Made by a program: the position numbers and the translations under genes. From Dictyostelium discoideum (lineage: Eukaryota), in the NCBI GenBank assembly GCA_000004695.1, contig CM000153.2, forward strand, positions 800,001 to 864,000: a stretch of DNA of 64,000 bases. The letters run 5' to 3'. The stretch's first letter is position 1; the number at the start of each line of letters is the position of its first letter. Below the pieces are notes generated by a model that was not told the origin of the DNA, did not search any database, and saw only the letters and a list, made by a program, of their open reading frames with translations. This document shows positions 15,506 to 27,564 of the stretch, piece after piece.

Positions 15506-18500
15506 TTAATCCTCCAAAAGTATGAATAAATTATTTATACCATTCTTTATTGAAAAGGGAGTGCCAGAAATTGAAGTTTCATTTTTAATTTCATTCAATG
15601 GTACTAAAGTACATAAGATATCAATAGTATCTGGTGGACTATTAATTACGAATGGAATTGAGAAATCTTTATTTGGAGGTAAAGGTGAAGGAGTTGAATA
15701 TTTAAATTGTTTTTCAACATTTGAGTGATTAGTATTAAAAATAAATACTGGTGATGAGTTTTTAAATTGATTATTAATTTCGATTGGAATTTTATCAAGC
15801 CTACATTTTATATTACCAGTTAATTGATTTGTAGATTGATTTAAGACCAAATCGTCAATGTAAAATAATGATGATAAACATTTCTTTATGATTGAATGTA
15901 TAATTGGATCATTTTTAGTTTTTTCAGATTGTTGTTTTAAAATATTCATTGTAATATCATCTACTGCATCTAAACCAATTGACTTTTTGGAAACTTGGAT
16001 TGTGTCTAAATGAATTTCTACCTTCTTTAATTATATCATAAATTTCATGAACTTCTCTCCTAGAATTTTCACATTCTGTTAAAAGATTAATAATCTTTTC
16101 ACCAAATCTAAATAAATTATTTAAATCTGCTTCTGGTGATGGGAAATTACCAGTACCAAGTGAAGCCAAAATATCAATATTTCTACCAGGCCACATATCT
16201 TTACACTCTTTCATTGCAACTTTACATGGATTATTATTGATTAAACCGCCATCTTGAAATTGACGATAATTAAATTCAAATTTTGAGAAAAAAGTTGGTG
16301 CAGCTGATGTTGCCTCTGCAGCGTCAATTACATTTGAATTGGTAATGAATTTCCTTTGTTCTGAACATCTTGTTGGGTTAGTCTTTTTTTGGTAATTTAA
16401 AAATAAACATTCCTCTAAATTACCAGATTCTTGAGTTACTGATGTAACTGCTACTCTAATTTTTGAGAATGAATTTTTTAATTTTTCATCAGGTGGGAAT
16501 ATAGTTTTGAAGGATTCTCTTAGTTTATCTCTACTATATTTTGGTTTTGATACTAGGTTAGCTAATAATTGGAATGGATGTTTTACAAATACACTTTTTG
16601 ATAAACTTTCCATTGCTGTACTTAATTGTGCAGGAGTCTTTTGTGTTGATGCTAATGCCAATGCAACCAATCCTCCTGCTGATGTACCAACGATTAAATC
16701 GAATAAAGAAATGATTGGAATGTCAAATAGTTGTTTTTGAATTTGTTCCAATGCATCACAATGTAAAATACCTCTTACACCACCACCATCTAATGATAAT
16801 ATTCTTACACCCATTGTTTGTATTTTATCGATTTCTTTGATCTTACAAGAAAGTTTTCCATTACATCCCCTTACTCTACAACCTTCGTCCGATGTATTTT
16901 GGGTTTGGTCAATAAATCTACCAAGTGAACAATTTAAACATAATAAATGACCACATGTATATGGTATATATGGCGAATTCAAACAACAACCAAAACAAAC
17001 ACCTTGATTTGTTGTTGAACCTTGTATATTGTATGGTAGAATTCTAGGTATACTAGTAAGACGATTACTTAAAAATACCGATAAATCAAAGTATTCTAAT
17101 GATGGCACAAATTCACCATCCCACATATACCTTACGAATGTGTCGGTTTTAAAAAATCCTAACAAACCACCATTTGATAATTTATAAGTTTCATTTGATT
17201 GATGGTTTCTATGAGTTTCTCTATAATTCGTACAAGAATGACCTTTTGCATTCTTTGAACTACATGGTACCATCTTAAATATTTCTTTTGAAACTAAATC
17301 TAAAGTCTTTTTAAAAGATGGATGCAATTTTTTTGAAAACTCTGAATTAATATTATTTGTTTCCTTAAAAATTGAATAAACGTTTGGCAACTTTATTTTC
17401 AAAATTTCTAAACTATCAGAATAACATTTTGATAATGATGATGATGGTTTATTCTCTACTAAATAATTATAATTTATTAAAAAAAATTCTAATAAATACT
17501 GTGCATATTTACAAAGATGTAAATCACTTAAATTATTATCAAGTTTTATGACAGATGTGTTTAATGGTGATGATTGTGATCTTTTTAATGGTGATTGTGA
17601 TGGAGTTGTTGATGAACTATTTGATAATTTTGATGGTTGTGGTGATGGTGGTTGTAATGGTGATGGCGATGGTGGCAATTCTAATGATTGATATGATTGT
17701 GATGGAGATGGTGATGGTGTTGATAGTGTTGATGATGATGGAGTTGTTGATGAACTATTTGGTAATGTTTTTAATTCACTAATTTGTCTTTGCTGTGATG
17801 GTGGTGGCGATTGTAATGATTGATATGATGGTGATGGTGTTAATTCAATAACTTGTCCTTTTTGTAAATTTTCATTATTATATTTATTATAATGGTCTTG
17901 TGGAACAGTATCATCAATCTCTGGACGTAAAAATGATTGAATTTGAAAAAGCTCATCTGCTATTGGTCTTTCTTCAAGTTGTGATTTATCAATGTAACTA
18001 TTATAATCTTTATCATTATTATTAATAATTTTATCATTACTATTATTAATATTACTATTAATATTATTATTATTATAATAATTATTATCATTACAATTAT
18101 TTTTATTATTAATAATATTATTATTATTATTAATAATAATATTATTATTATTATTATTTTTATTATTATTATAATTATAATTATAATTATTATTTTTATT
18201 ATTATTATTATTATAATTATTATTATTATAATTATTATTATTTAAATTATTGTCCGAATTATTTTTTGAATTTGTAAATTTATCTCTATTGATAGGAGAC
18301 AATCCGGTTTGTGGTTGTCTGTTATTTTCATTTAATGGTTTCAAATTTCCCACTGAATATGTTCTGACCCTATCTCTAACTAAATTTGATTCTAATTCAA
18401 CGGGTTTTGAAGTATGCAAAGGTGGTGGTGAATTAAAAATAGTATGAAGACTTTTAATTGATGATGACGGAATTGGTGTTGAGAGATGTGATTTATTAAC

Positions 18501-18544
18501 AACTCTAGAGTTATTACTATTATTGTTATTATTATTATTACTAA

Positions 18545-18607
<63 letters not shown>

Positions 18608-18608
18608 G

Positions 18609-18643
<35 letters not shown>

Positions 18644-18721
18644 AAGAGATGGGCATTGATGGGATTGTTTTATTATTATTATTACTTTTATTATTATTAT
18701 TATTACTTTTATTATTACTAC

Positions 18722-18803
<82 letters not shown>

Positions 18804-19510
18804 ATTATTATTATTATTATTAGAGAAGGACGTTGATGGAACAGTTTTATTATAAATTGGTTTTAATTTATGTGTACTTGGTAATGGTTTTTGTAGTTGA
18901 GCTTGATAATCATTAAGTGAAATTTCATCAAATTTTCTTACTATACCAGTACAATTTAATTTAATTAAATCAGGGGAACCATCTGGATTAGAACTAAAGA
19001 AACTAGCTAAACTTGAAATTTTTTGCATTGATCTTGATTTTTCAACCGAAATTTTTGGACTTCTGCTTTCTTTGTATTTTAAAGATTCCAATACTTTTTC
19101 ACTAATCGTTTCTTCCAATTTTTTAAATTGTCTTTGATATCTATGGAAGGTATTATTTGATTTTTCATTAAAATTAGGTAAGAAAATTATTGATACTGAT
19201 TGAAAACGTAATTGTAAGTCGATTAAATGTGAATGTTGATCTTTGAAATATTCATTCTTTGCGAATGCCATATCATCATATTGTTCTTTTTTAGAGGAAT
19301 TATTAAATAAGATGATTAAATGTGGACTGCATGGATTATTGGTACTATCGGCTGCAACCTGAGAATATTGGACTAATCTATCATAAACATCAGCTCTATT
19401 TCCTGCATTGCTATCAAATGTAAACACAAATACATCTGAACACAAATATAATAATCTTGGATATGAATATTGAATAAATGGAGTTCTTATTTGAGCTTCC
19501 TAATTTTTGT

Positions 19511-19563
<53 letters not shown>

Positions 19564-20235
19564 TTAATATATCTTTTGGAAAAAAAAAAAAAAAAAAATG
19601 ATAATAATAATTACTTGGAGTTTTATTTTATTTGTTGTTTGAGAATTTGTTCCATTTATACCTTCAGAATCAATTATTAAATATTTATAATTTTTATTAC
19701 TACCCATTGTTTCGCCAATAAAAGAATTAATATCAGAAGATGTTGAAGAAAGAGTTTCATGATTTCCAGGAATTGGATGGTTATAATTTTTAGTTAAATG
19801 ACCAATTGTAGTTGATTTACCTGAACCACTGGTACCAATAAAACTAACAACTAAAAATGGTTCATTATCAGATAACCCAATTGAATCCCATTTATTTCCA
19901 AAATCAATTTTCTTTGATAAAGTATTAATAAATAATAATTTATTATCTCTATCCATTGATTCATTATATTGTTTAATATGTTGATAATCTTTAGTGAATT
20001 GTTCATACTTTAAAAAAAATGTAACTTTTTTATATTCTTTATATGGTATAGTTTGATGATCTGTTTGTCCAGTATAACCTTTTTTACAAGAAGTACAAAC
20101 TATTTTATCATCAGTGCATCCCAGACAATAATGAAAGTCTTCAATATTTGTTGACTCTTTTAAACATCTTTTTAAACCACATTTCATTTTATTACTATGT
20201 CTATAAACTTCATCTTTTACAAATGTTTGTTTCAT
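15506..20235 (-). CDS. Copy C of the GTPase-patatin family. Exon 1 and most of the body are intact, but a 1-nt insertion near 15950-15980 shifts the frame so the last ~147 codons are read in another frame. This is a possible pseudogene or a sequence error
   Basis: Exon 1 is 19615-20235: MKQTFVKDEVYRHS..., GTSGSGKST, DSEGINGT, donor CTCCAA|GTAATT. Exon 2 is 19499 downward, starting after ttag: EAQIRTPFIQYSYPRLLYLCSD.... Body ORF 15957-19445 plus separate-frame ORF 15506-15949 encode the conserved C-terminus. Copy C has gactttttgg where copy B has gaattttgga. Confidence 0.65.
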
Positions 20236-20404
20236 TTTTTTTTTTTTTTTTTTTTTATTTGGTATTAAAGTTATTATTATTATTATTTTTTTTTTTTATT
20301 TGATACTACTGTTATTGTTAATTTTGTTTTTTTTTTTTTTTTTTTTTTTTTCGCAGTGCAATAAAAAAAAAAAAAATTAAGATTAAAAAAAAAAAAAAAA
20401 AAAC

Positions 20405-20439
<35 letters not shown>

Positions 20440-20857
20440 ATCTTTTTAAAAGATATTATTTAATATCTTATTTCTTTTATCAACTTAAAATCCAAATTAT
20501 TTTTTTTTTCCATTTAAAAATTCAACCACTTAAATGCTTCCAAATTTTTTTTTTTTTTTTTAAAAATCCTAATTTTGATTTTTTGGCCCAATATCATTTT
20601 TTAATTTTTAAAGAAAATAAAAATCCAAATTATTTTTTTTTCCATTTAAAAATTCAACCACTTAAATGCTTCCAAATTTTTTTTTTTTTTTTTAAAATCT
20701 TAATTTTTAAAGAAAATAAAAAAAGAATTAATAATAACAATAAAATTAAATGTAATATCAACAATTTTAAATTCTAAAAATAAACTTTTTTTTTTTTTTT
20801 TTAGTTTAACACGAGTTTTTTTTTATTTGTTTTTTTTTTATTATTTATTTATTTCAT

Positions 20858-22240
20858 TTAAAGTTCGTCATGATCAACTTTTTTGGTTGATTTTTTGACT
20901 TCTTCTTTTTTGTCATCAGTTTTAACTAAATCTTCTTCAGCGACTTCTTCTTCTTCTTCATCAGCTTCTTCGGCTTCTTTTTCAGCAGCTTTTTCGGCAG
21001 CTAATTTTTCGTCAGCTTTCTTTCTCTCTTCAGCTTTGGCGGCTTCGAGGTCGTCAAACATTTTCTTTTCGGCTTCTTGGTTGGCAACAAAGGTCTTTTC
21101 AGAGAAATCTTTAGCTTCTTCGACAGAGTCGGTGACGATCATATTGTTAAAGATGGAACCAGATTTAACTTGCCATAATTCGAAACCGATAGCACCGAGA
21201 TCATTAAAGAGGTAGAGTTCATTGTCTTCAGCGTATTCTGGGTTATCAATTAATGGGTGTACCCATTCACCTTTGTATTCTGGATTTGGGATTTTCTTTG
21301 CTTTCCATTCACCTTTGTATTCTGGATTGGCGATGGTTGGGGCTTCCCATTCACCGTCGTCTTCTTCATTCCAATCCTCTGGTTTGACAGCTTCTGGATC
21401 AACGATTGAAGCTGGGATATCGTCATGACCGGCTGGTTTAACATCTTCTGGGTCATCGATTTCCTTTACGTCAACCCAATCGACTGGTTTGGATTGTTTT
21501 GGATCTTTGATTTGTTTTGATGGAAGTAATTCCCAATCATCAGCGAGGTTACCTGCTTGGATCTCTTTGTTATCGACGAGTACTTTGTAGGTGTTATCTG
21601 GTGAAATGACCAAAGTGTATTGATGAGTTAATTGATCGGTTTCAACTTTGTTGATTTCTTTCTTGATTAAATGGTTCTTTCCTTTGTAGTTGAGAATGAC
21701 GTGAACTCTCTTTGAGGCACCACAAACATCTGGACCAAACATAATGGAATATTCAGATTCACCATCGAATGCTGATTGATCTAATTTGGATGGTAATAAC
21801 TTGATGTATGAACCACCACAATCAACTTTTTGTTCATTCTTTACAGTGTATTGGAGAACTAAATCTTTACCTTTGTTACTGAAACTTGGGAATTTAGCTG
21901 ATACAGCGTAGAAACGAGCATCTTCACTAGTTTGAATACCTTTTTGATTTTCATCACCAAACCATTTACCTGCAGTATGAACTAATTTACCTGATTTACC
22001 ATCTTCTTTATGCCAATCACTAACAACCCATCTTGATTCCCAATCGTCTAAAAAAAAAAATTAAAAAAAATTGAAAAAAAAAAAAAAAAAAAAATTGTTT
22101 GGTTAGATTTAGTTATTATTTTTTTTTTTTATTTTTTCAAATCAAATTTACTTACTATCAAAGGTATCTTTGAAATGAACTGTTGATAATGCAAAATTGA
22201 AAACAAAAACTAAGAAAATTAAACACAATAAAAGTCTCAT
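20858..22240 (-). CDS. crtA: Calreticulin (ER Ca2+-binding lectin chaperone), 2 exons, C-terminal HDEL
   Basis: Exon 1 is 22156-22240: signal peptide MRLLLCLIFLVFVFNFALS...KDTFD, donor GTAAGT. Exon 2 is 20858-22047, starting after ttttag: DWESRWVVSDWHKEDGKSGK...KVDCGGSYIKLLP, P-domain repeats NPEYKGEWK/IPNPEYKGEW, acidic tail, HDEL stop. Confidence 0.9.
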
Positions 22241-22536
22241 GTTGGTATTCTTTCTTTTTTATTAAACAAAAAAGATATAATTATAAATATGATGATTGGA
22301 GAAATTAAAAAAAAAAAAAAAAAAAAAAAATTTCAATTTAAAAAAATTTCTGAAAAAAAAAAAAAATTTAAAAAAAAAAAAAAATTTAAAAAAAAAAAAA
22401 ATTTTTAAAAGGTGTGACAAAGCATGAAAAAAATTTAAAAATAAAAAAATAAAAAAAAAAAAAAAAAAAAAAAATGAAAATAAAAAATCCAAATTGATTG
22501 GTTTTTAACTTAATTTATTTGACCAAAATTGGTTAG

Positions 22537-22578
<42 letters not shown>

Positions 22579-22736
22579 CCATATTTTTTTTTTTTTTTTT
22601 TTTTTAATAAAATAAAATAAAATAAAAAAAAAAAAACTGATTTACTGTTGAGTCATTGAATTGTTGGCAAATTAACCAAAAGTTAATATTTTTTTTTTTA
22701 TTTTTTTTATTTTTTTTTTATTTTTTTTATTTGGAT

Positions 22737-23917
22737 TTAAAATTTATTATTATTATTAAATAAACCAAACATTTGATGTTGCATTTGGTGATGATGATGT
22801 GGATTTTCCCAATTACCTCTTTCATTATCTTTACGATTTGAAACGGTTGAGATATTATTATTTAACATCTCTAAACGTAAGAGGAGAGAATTTGAAGAGT
22901 TTTGGAAATCGGAACCAACTTGAACGGTTTTTTCAAAGGTGGTTGTTCTTTGATCGGCTTTTCTAGCGTATAGACGTTTATTATGAGAATCGATACGAGC
23001 TTGGATCTCATTTTCCATAATGAGTTTACTGATCTCCTTTTCCAAAAGAGTGACAGTGGTATTGAAAGCACTGGCCATAATATTCATATCGACCGATTGG
23101 TATGGTGAAAAGTATTGAACCAATGCTTTGCTTCTAATTCTTTGATATAAAATCTCCACATGTTTATAGAGATGAATATCCAATAATAAAATTGGCTTCA
23201 TTTTATCGAGATACTTTAAACATGAACCATACTTGGTATTATAGAAATCGTTAATTAATTCCCTAAGTTCTGGTACTAATTCTAAATAGTTTTTAAACAT
23301 TGGATCATCAATCACTTTCTTCTTTAATTCATTTCTATCAAATGTTGCCAATGCACATAATCCACCATAATATGCAATATCTTGTGGTGAAATTATCTAT
23401 ATACATATTTTTATTTTTTCATATATTAGTTTTAATTTCATTATTTTTATTTTATTTTATTTTGTTTTTTTTAAAATATCAACTTACATCTGAAAATACA
23501 TTTGATTGTTCAAAAGGAGTTTCAATGAATTTTCTAGCTGCTAATTTATAACGAGAACCATCTAAATTGTAAAGACCATTAACAGAACGAAGTTTAGCAT
23601 TTGAAACATTATCTAAATCTGGACTTTGTTCAGCTTTTGCAATGTATGATGGTGCATGAGTATAGTTTTGAGTATCTACACCTAATTTAATAATATTAAA
23701 ACACATTGCTAAAACATGTTTTGATGTTGTACAATAATCTCTAGTTCTAATAAAACATTTTAATGCATTTTGATGATCCCCAATTTTATAATAAAATTCA
23801 CCTAAATCATTTTGTGCAAACTTTTTTATTATTATTTTTTTTTATTTATTTTATATAATAAATAAATAATTAAAAGAAGAAAAAAAAAAAAAAAAAAAAG
23901 AAATATTAATATGTTTT

Positions 23918-23958
<41 letters not shown>

Positions 23959-24361
23959 AAAAAAAAAAAATACATACACGAATACTATCTTTTACCATAT
24001 TTGATTTAGCAGTATTTAAATCTTGTTCTAATTTATCTAATTGTAAGGAATTCTTTTTACTTAAATTTTCAATGTATACTGGGTCAAGTTCGAGAATACC
24101 GTGTGATTTATTGATGATTGTATTGTAGAGTTCAAGATTTGGTGTTTTTTGCACTTCTTTCAATGCCATATTATATGCTTCAACTTCTAATTGTTTACAA
24201 TTATCAGCAATGAAAATTAATCTATGAATCTTTGTAAATCCTGAATAATTATTGATATAAGTTTCTAAATCGAATTCATTTGAAATTGAATTATTATTAT
24301 TATTATTTGATGATGATGATGATGATCCTTCTGTATTCTTTTCAACTTGCATATCTTCCAT
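22737..24361 (-). CDS. csn1: COP9 signalosome subunit 1 (CSN1/GPS1, PCI domain), 3 exons, ~458 aa
   Basis: Exons are 23978-24361 (MEDMQVEK...[26 protein letters not shown]..., donor GTATGT), 23488-23820 ([46 protein letters not shown]...) and 22737-23396 ([28 protein letters not shown]...[19 protein letters not shown]...). These align closely to human GPS1. Confidence 0.85.
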
Positions 24362-24797
24362 AGTTTTATATATTATTTGATGTGATTGATTGACTTTTAA
24401 TAATAAACACACAGATAATACAAATAATAAAAAAAAAAATTATAAAAATACAATAAAACTAAAAAAGAAAAAATAAAGAAAAAAAAAAAAAAAAAAATTT
24501 GAAAAAAAATAAATTAAAAAATAAATTAAAAAATTAAAAAAATAAAAAATTGATTTGATTTTCAAAAAAAAAAAAAAAAAAAAAAAAAAAATTAAATGAT
24601 TTGGATTTTTTTTTTTCACCAAAAATATTATTTTTAGAATTTAATTATTTTCCATTCATTTTTTGTAATTGTTTTTTATTCTGAAGAATAATGGATAGGG
24701 ATAGAATAAATTCTAAAAAAAAAATTAAATCATTTGAAAAAAAAAAAAAAAAAAAAAAAATGAAAAATGAAAATATATATTTTTTTTTTATTTAAAT

Positions 24798-26280
24798 TTA
24801 ATATGGAGTTATTCCATTTGGTAAACAAACTGGAATTCCAGTTGTATCAGCAACACATTTAGTTCCTGGTGAACATTTTACAAATTCACATAATGGGGCA
24901 CAACGTGATTGTTCTAATAAACAAATTTCATTTAATTTACAAGTGATAATTGGGCCACATGGAATTGATAATCCATCACCCTCATTTTCATTATCATCAT
25001 ATCCATTAGGATCATTATCATAATCATCATTAGAATTTGATGGTAAACGACACGATGGAATTTGAATACAGCAGTCACGAGAACCTCTTGGACATTTATT
25101 AGGAACCATTGCGCAATCCAATGAACCACAATTAACATCATGACAAGTTTTACAATGACCTGGATGGGTTTCTCTTACGCATGATGGGAGATCATTGATG
25201 ATTTCGCAAGAGTATCCAGATGGGCAATGTAAATCTCTACATGGGTAGTTTGGTGGTAATGGATTACGAATACATGTTGGAAGATTATTAATTGCCTTGC
25301 AAACATAGCCATATGGACAAGTTACATTACGACATAATGAGCCTGGATTTGGTCTTTGGCAATGTGGACGATGGTGAGAGTCGACCACGCAATCATATCC
25401 TGGTGGACAATGGTGATGCTCGCATTCCTTTTCTTCACATTCTACACAATTGGCGGTTCCACCAAATTCGACACAATTGAATCCTTTTGGACATTGAACG
25501 GCATCACAAAGCACTGGTGGAGGTGGTGGTGGCTTTGGTTTTGGTACACAGCATGCTTTACCATCTTTTACAATACATTCTTTTCCTCTACCACATTTAA
25601 TAGCTTTACAGAGATGATGTGGTTTTGGTGGTGGTGGTCTTGGCTTTTCAACACAGTAAGCTCCACCATGAATATCTTGACAACAATAATCCTCTGGACA
25701 AATTACATTCTTACATGGTGAGACTGGTCCACCACCGCCACCACCACCCTTACAAACTGGATAACGTGGACAACATGATGTACCCATACATGGTACTGGG
25801 TCAACCCATTCACAAACTCCTCCACTTGCTTCACATAGCTTTTGATCACAAGTTTCATTTCTAACTTGATAATCATATAAAAATGGTGAATTTGGTCTAC
25901 ATGAACTCCAAATCTCATAAATTGCATCGGTTTTTGAATCTTTCATACAACTTAATGGAGCATTTCCACAACCATTTCCATTATCTTCTACACAAAAGAA
26001 TTTCTTTGTACCACAACATGAAACAAAAGGTAAATACTTACAACCAGAATTTGGTGCTTTACATTGGTCCTCTGACAAACTATCACAATCTTTTTTTAGA
26101 AATAAAAAAAAAAAAAAAAAAAAGATTAGTTCCTATAATTATAAATTAAAAATAAAAATAAAATTTAAACTTACTTCTAGGAGGAGGTTTCCACCATTTA
26201 TCATGTTCCGGATTTGCATTACTAATTGATAATGTTGAGAAAACTAAAACCAAACATACTAATAAATTATTTATCCTCAT
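24798..26280 (-). CDS. Secreted Cys/Pro-rich extracellular protein, 2 exons, ~460 aa. It has follistatin/EGF-like CxxGYxC repeats, polyPro and polyGly runs, and resembles dictyostelid spore-coat/ECM proteins
   Basis: Exon 1 is 26174-26280: MRINNLLVCLVLVFSTLSISNA signal peptide, donor GTAAGT. Exon 2 is 24798-26079, starting after gatag: SEDQCKAPNSGCKYLPFVSCCG.... Many repeats are of the type CPxGYxC....LPxC, with PPPPKP and GGGGGGG. Confidence 0.65.
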
Positions 26281-27489
26281 TTTTTTTATTTTTTTATTTT
26301 ATTATTTATTTAATTTAGTTGATTAAAAAAAAAAATGTTTGAGTTCCTTTATATACTTATTTATTTTTTAATTTTTTTTTTTTTTTTAAAAAAAAAAACA
26401 ATTAAAATTAAATAAAATAAATATAAAAATTAAATATATACATATTTTTTTTTATTTATACAAAATATTAAGAATTATTACCATTATTAATATAAAACAA
26501 ATAAGATATAAGATTTCGAGCAAAATGCTATGCAAATAATCACCCACTCTCTTAAAATTTTCGTTGGCGCCATTTCACACTAACCCAAAACACTGGTATT
26601 CCAATGGGATTTTTATTAATTTTTTTAAAAAAAAAGTATATGGGTACTATGGAAGATGGGTATAAATCGATTTTATTAAAAAAAAAAAAAAAAATTATAA
26701 AGTAATTAATTCACACTAACTATTTATATTATTTATATAATTTTTAAAACTTTTAGTTTTTCATCAAATTACAAAAATGTGATATATTTAAGATAAATAC
26801 AAATTACAAATAGTCTAAAAAAGGGTAGTGGGAACTTTTTAATTATTTATTTTTTTTTATTTTTATTTTTTTAATTTTATTTAATTTTTAAATTAACTGA
26901 AAAGCCAGTGTTCCCACTCCTAATTCCAACAATTTATAATTTCAATTTATTTATATATTATTATTATTTTATTATTTTTTTTTTTATTTTCTTTTATTTT
27001 TTTATAAATTATTATAATTTTTCATCACATTTTTTTTTTACCAAACATCCTTTATTCCAAACAAACTCCAATAATTAAAAAATATGAGTTTCATTTGGAA
27101 ATAAAGGTAATTTAATAAAAAAAAATAAAAAATAAAAAATAAAAAATAAATTAAGGGATAGTTTTTTTTTTTATTTATTTGTTATCAATTTTTTTTTTTT
27201 GTTTTTTTTTTTCAAAATGTTCATTATTTAATATTGGTTTTTAGGAAATAGTTTTGAAAAAAAAAAAATAAATATTTTATATATTTAGTTTTTGTAATAA
27301 CATATAAAAAATACATTCCCTTCTTGAGAAAATAAAATTTTATTTTTATATTCCTACACAAAAATCTCAAACAATTCTCAAAAAAAAAGTAGGATACCAA
27401 TCAGATATTTATTAATTTTTTATTTTTTATTTTTTTTTGAAAAAATTTTATAACTGAAAAAAAAAAAAAAAAAAAAAATTTTATAACTG

Positions 27490-27527
<38 letters not shown>

Positions 27528-27564
27528 AATTATTATTTTTATTAAAATTATTTAATAATATAGA

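Noticed and set aside
20883-21456. ORFs 20883-21215+, 21222-21428+ and 21250-21456- overlapping calreticulin
   Set aside because: These are antisense or off-frame readings of the acidic (GAA/GAT-rich) calreticulin tail and P-domain. Calreticulin on the minus strand explains the region.
22262-22492. Poly-Phe ORF (minus) and other ORFs in homopolymer A/T tracts (for example 24440-24622, 29591-29797, 46510-46725, 50691-50927, 53877-54089, 60151-60405)
   Set aside because: These are translations of poly(A)/poly(T) intergenic runs with no coding signal.
25292-26149. Several + strand ORFs (25292-25480, 25356-25721, 25619-25864, 25883-26149) and minus-strand 24932-25141 and 25703-25927
   Set aside because: These are alternative-frame or antisense ORFs within the long Cys-rich exon (24798-26079). 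The minus-strand frame with Cys periodicity and signal peptide is the real one.
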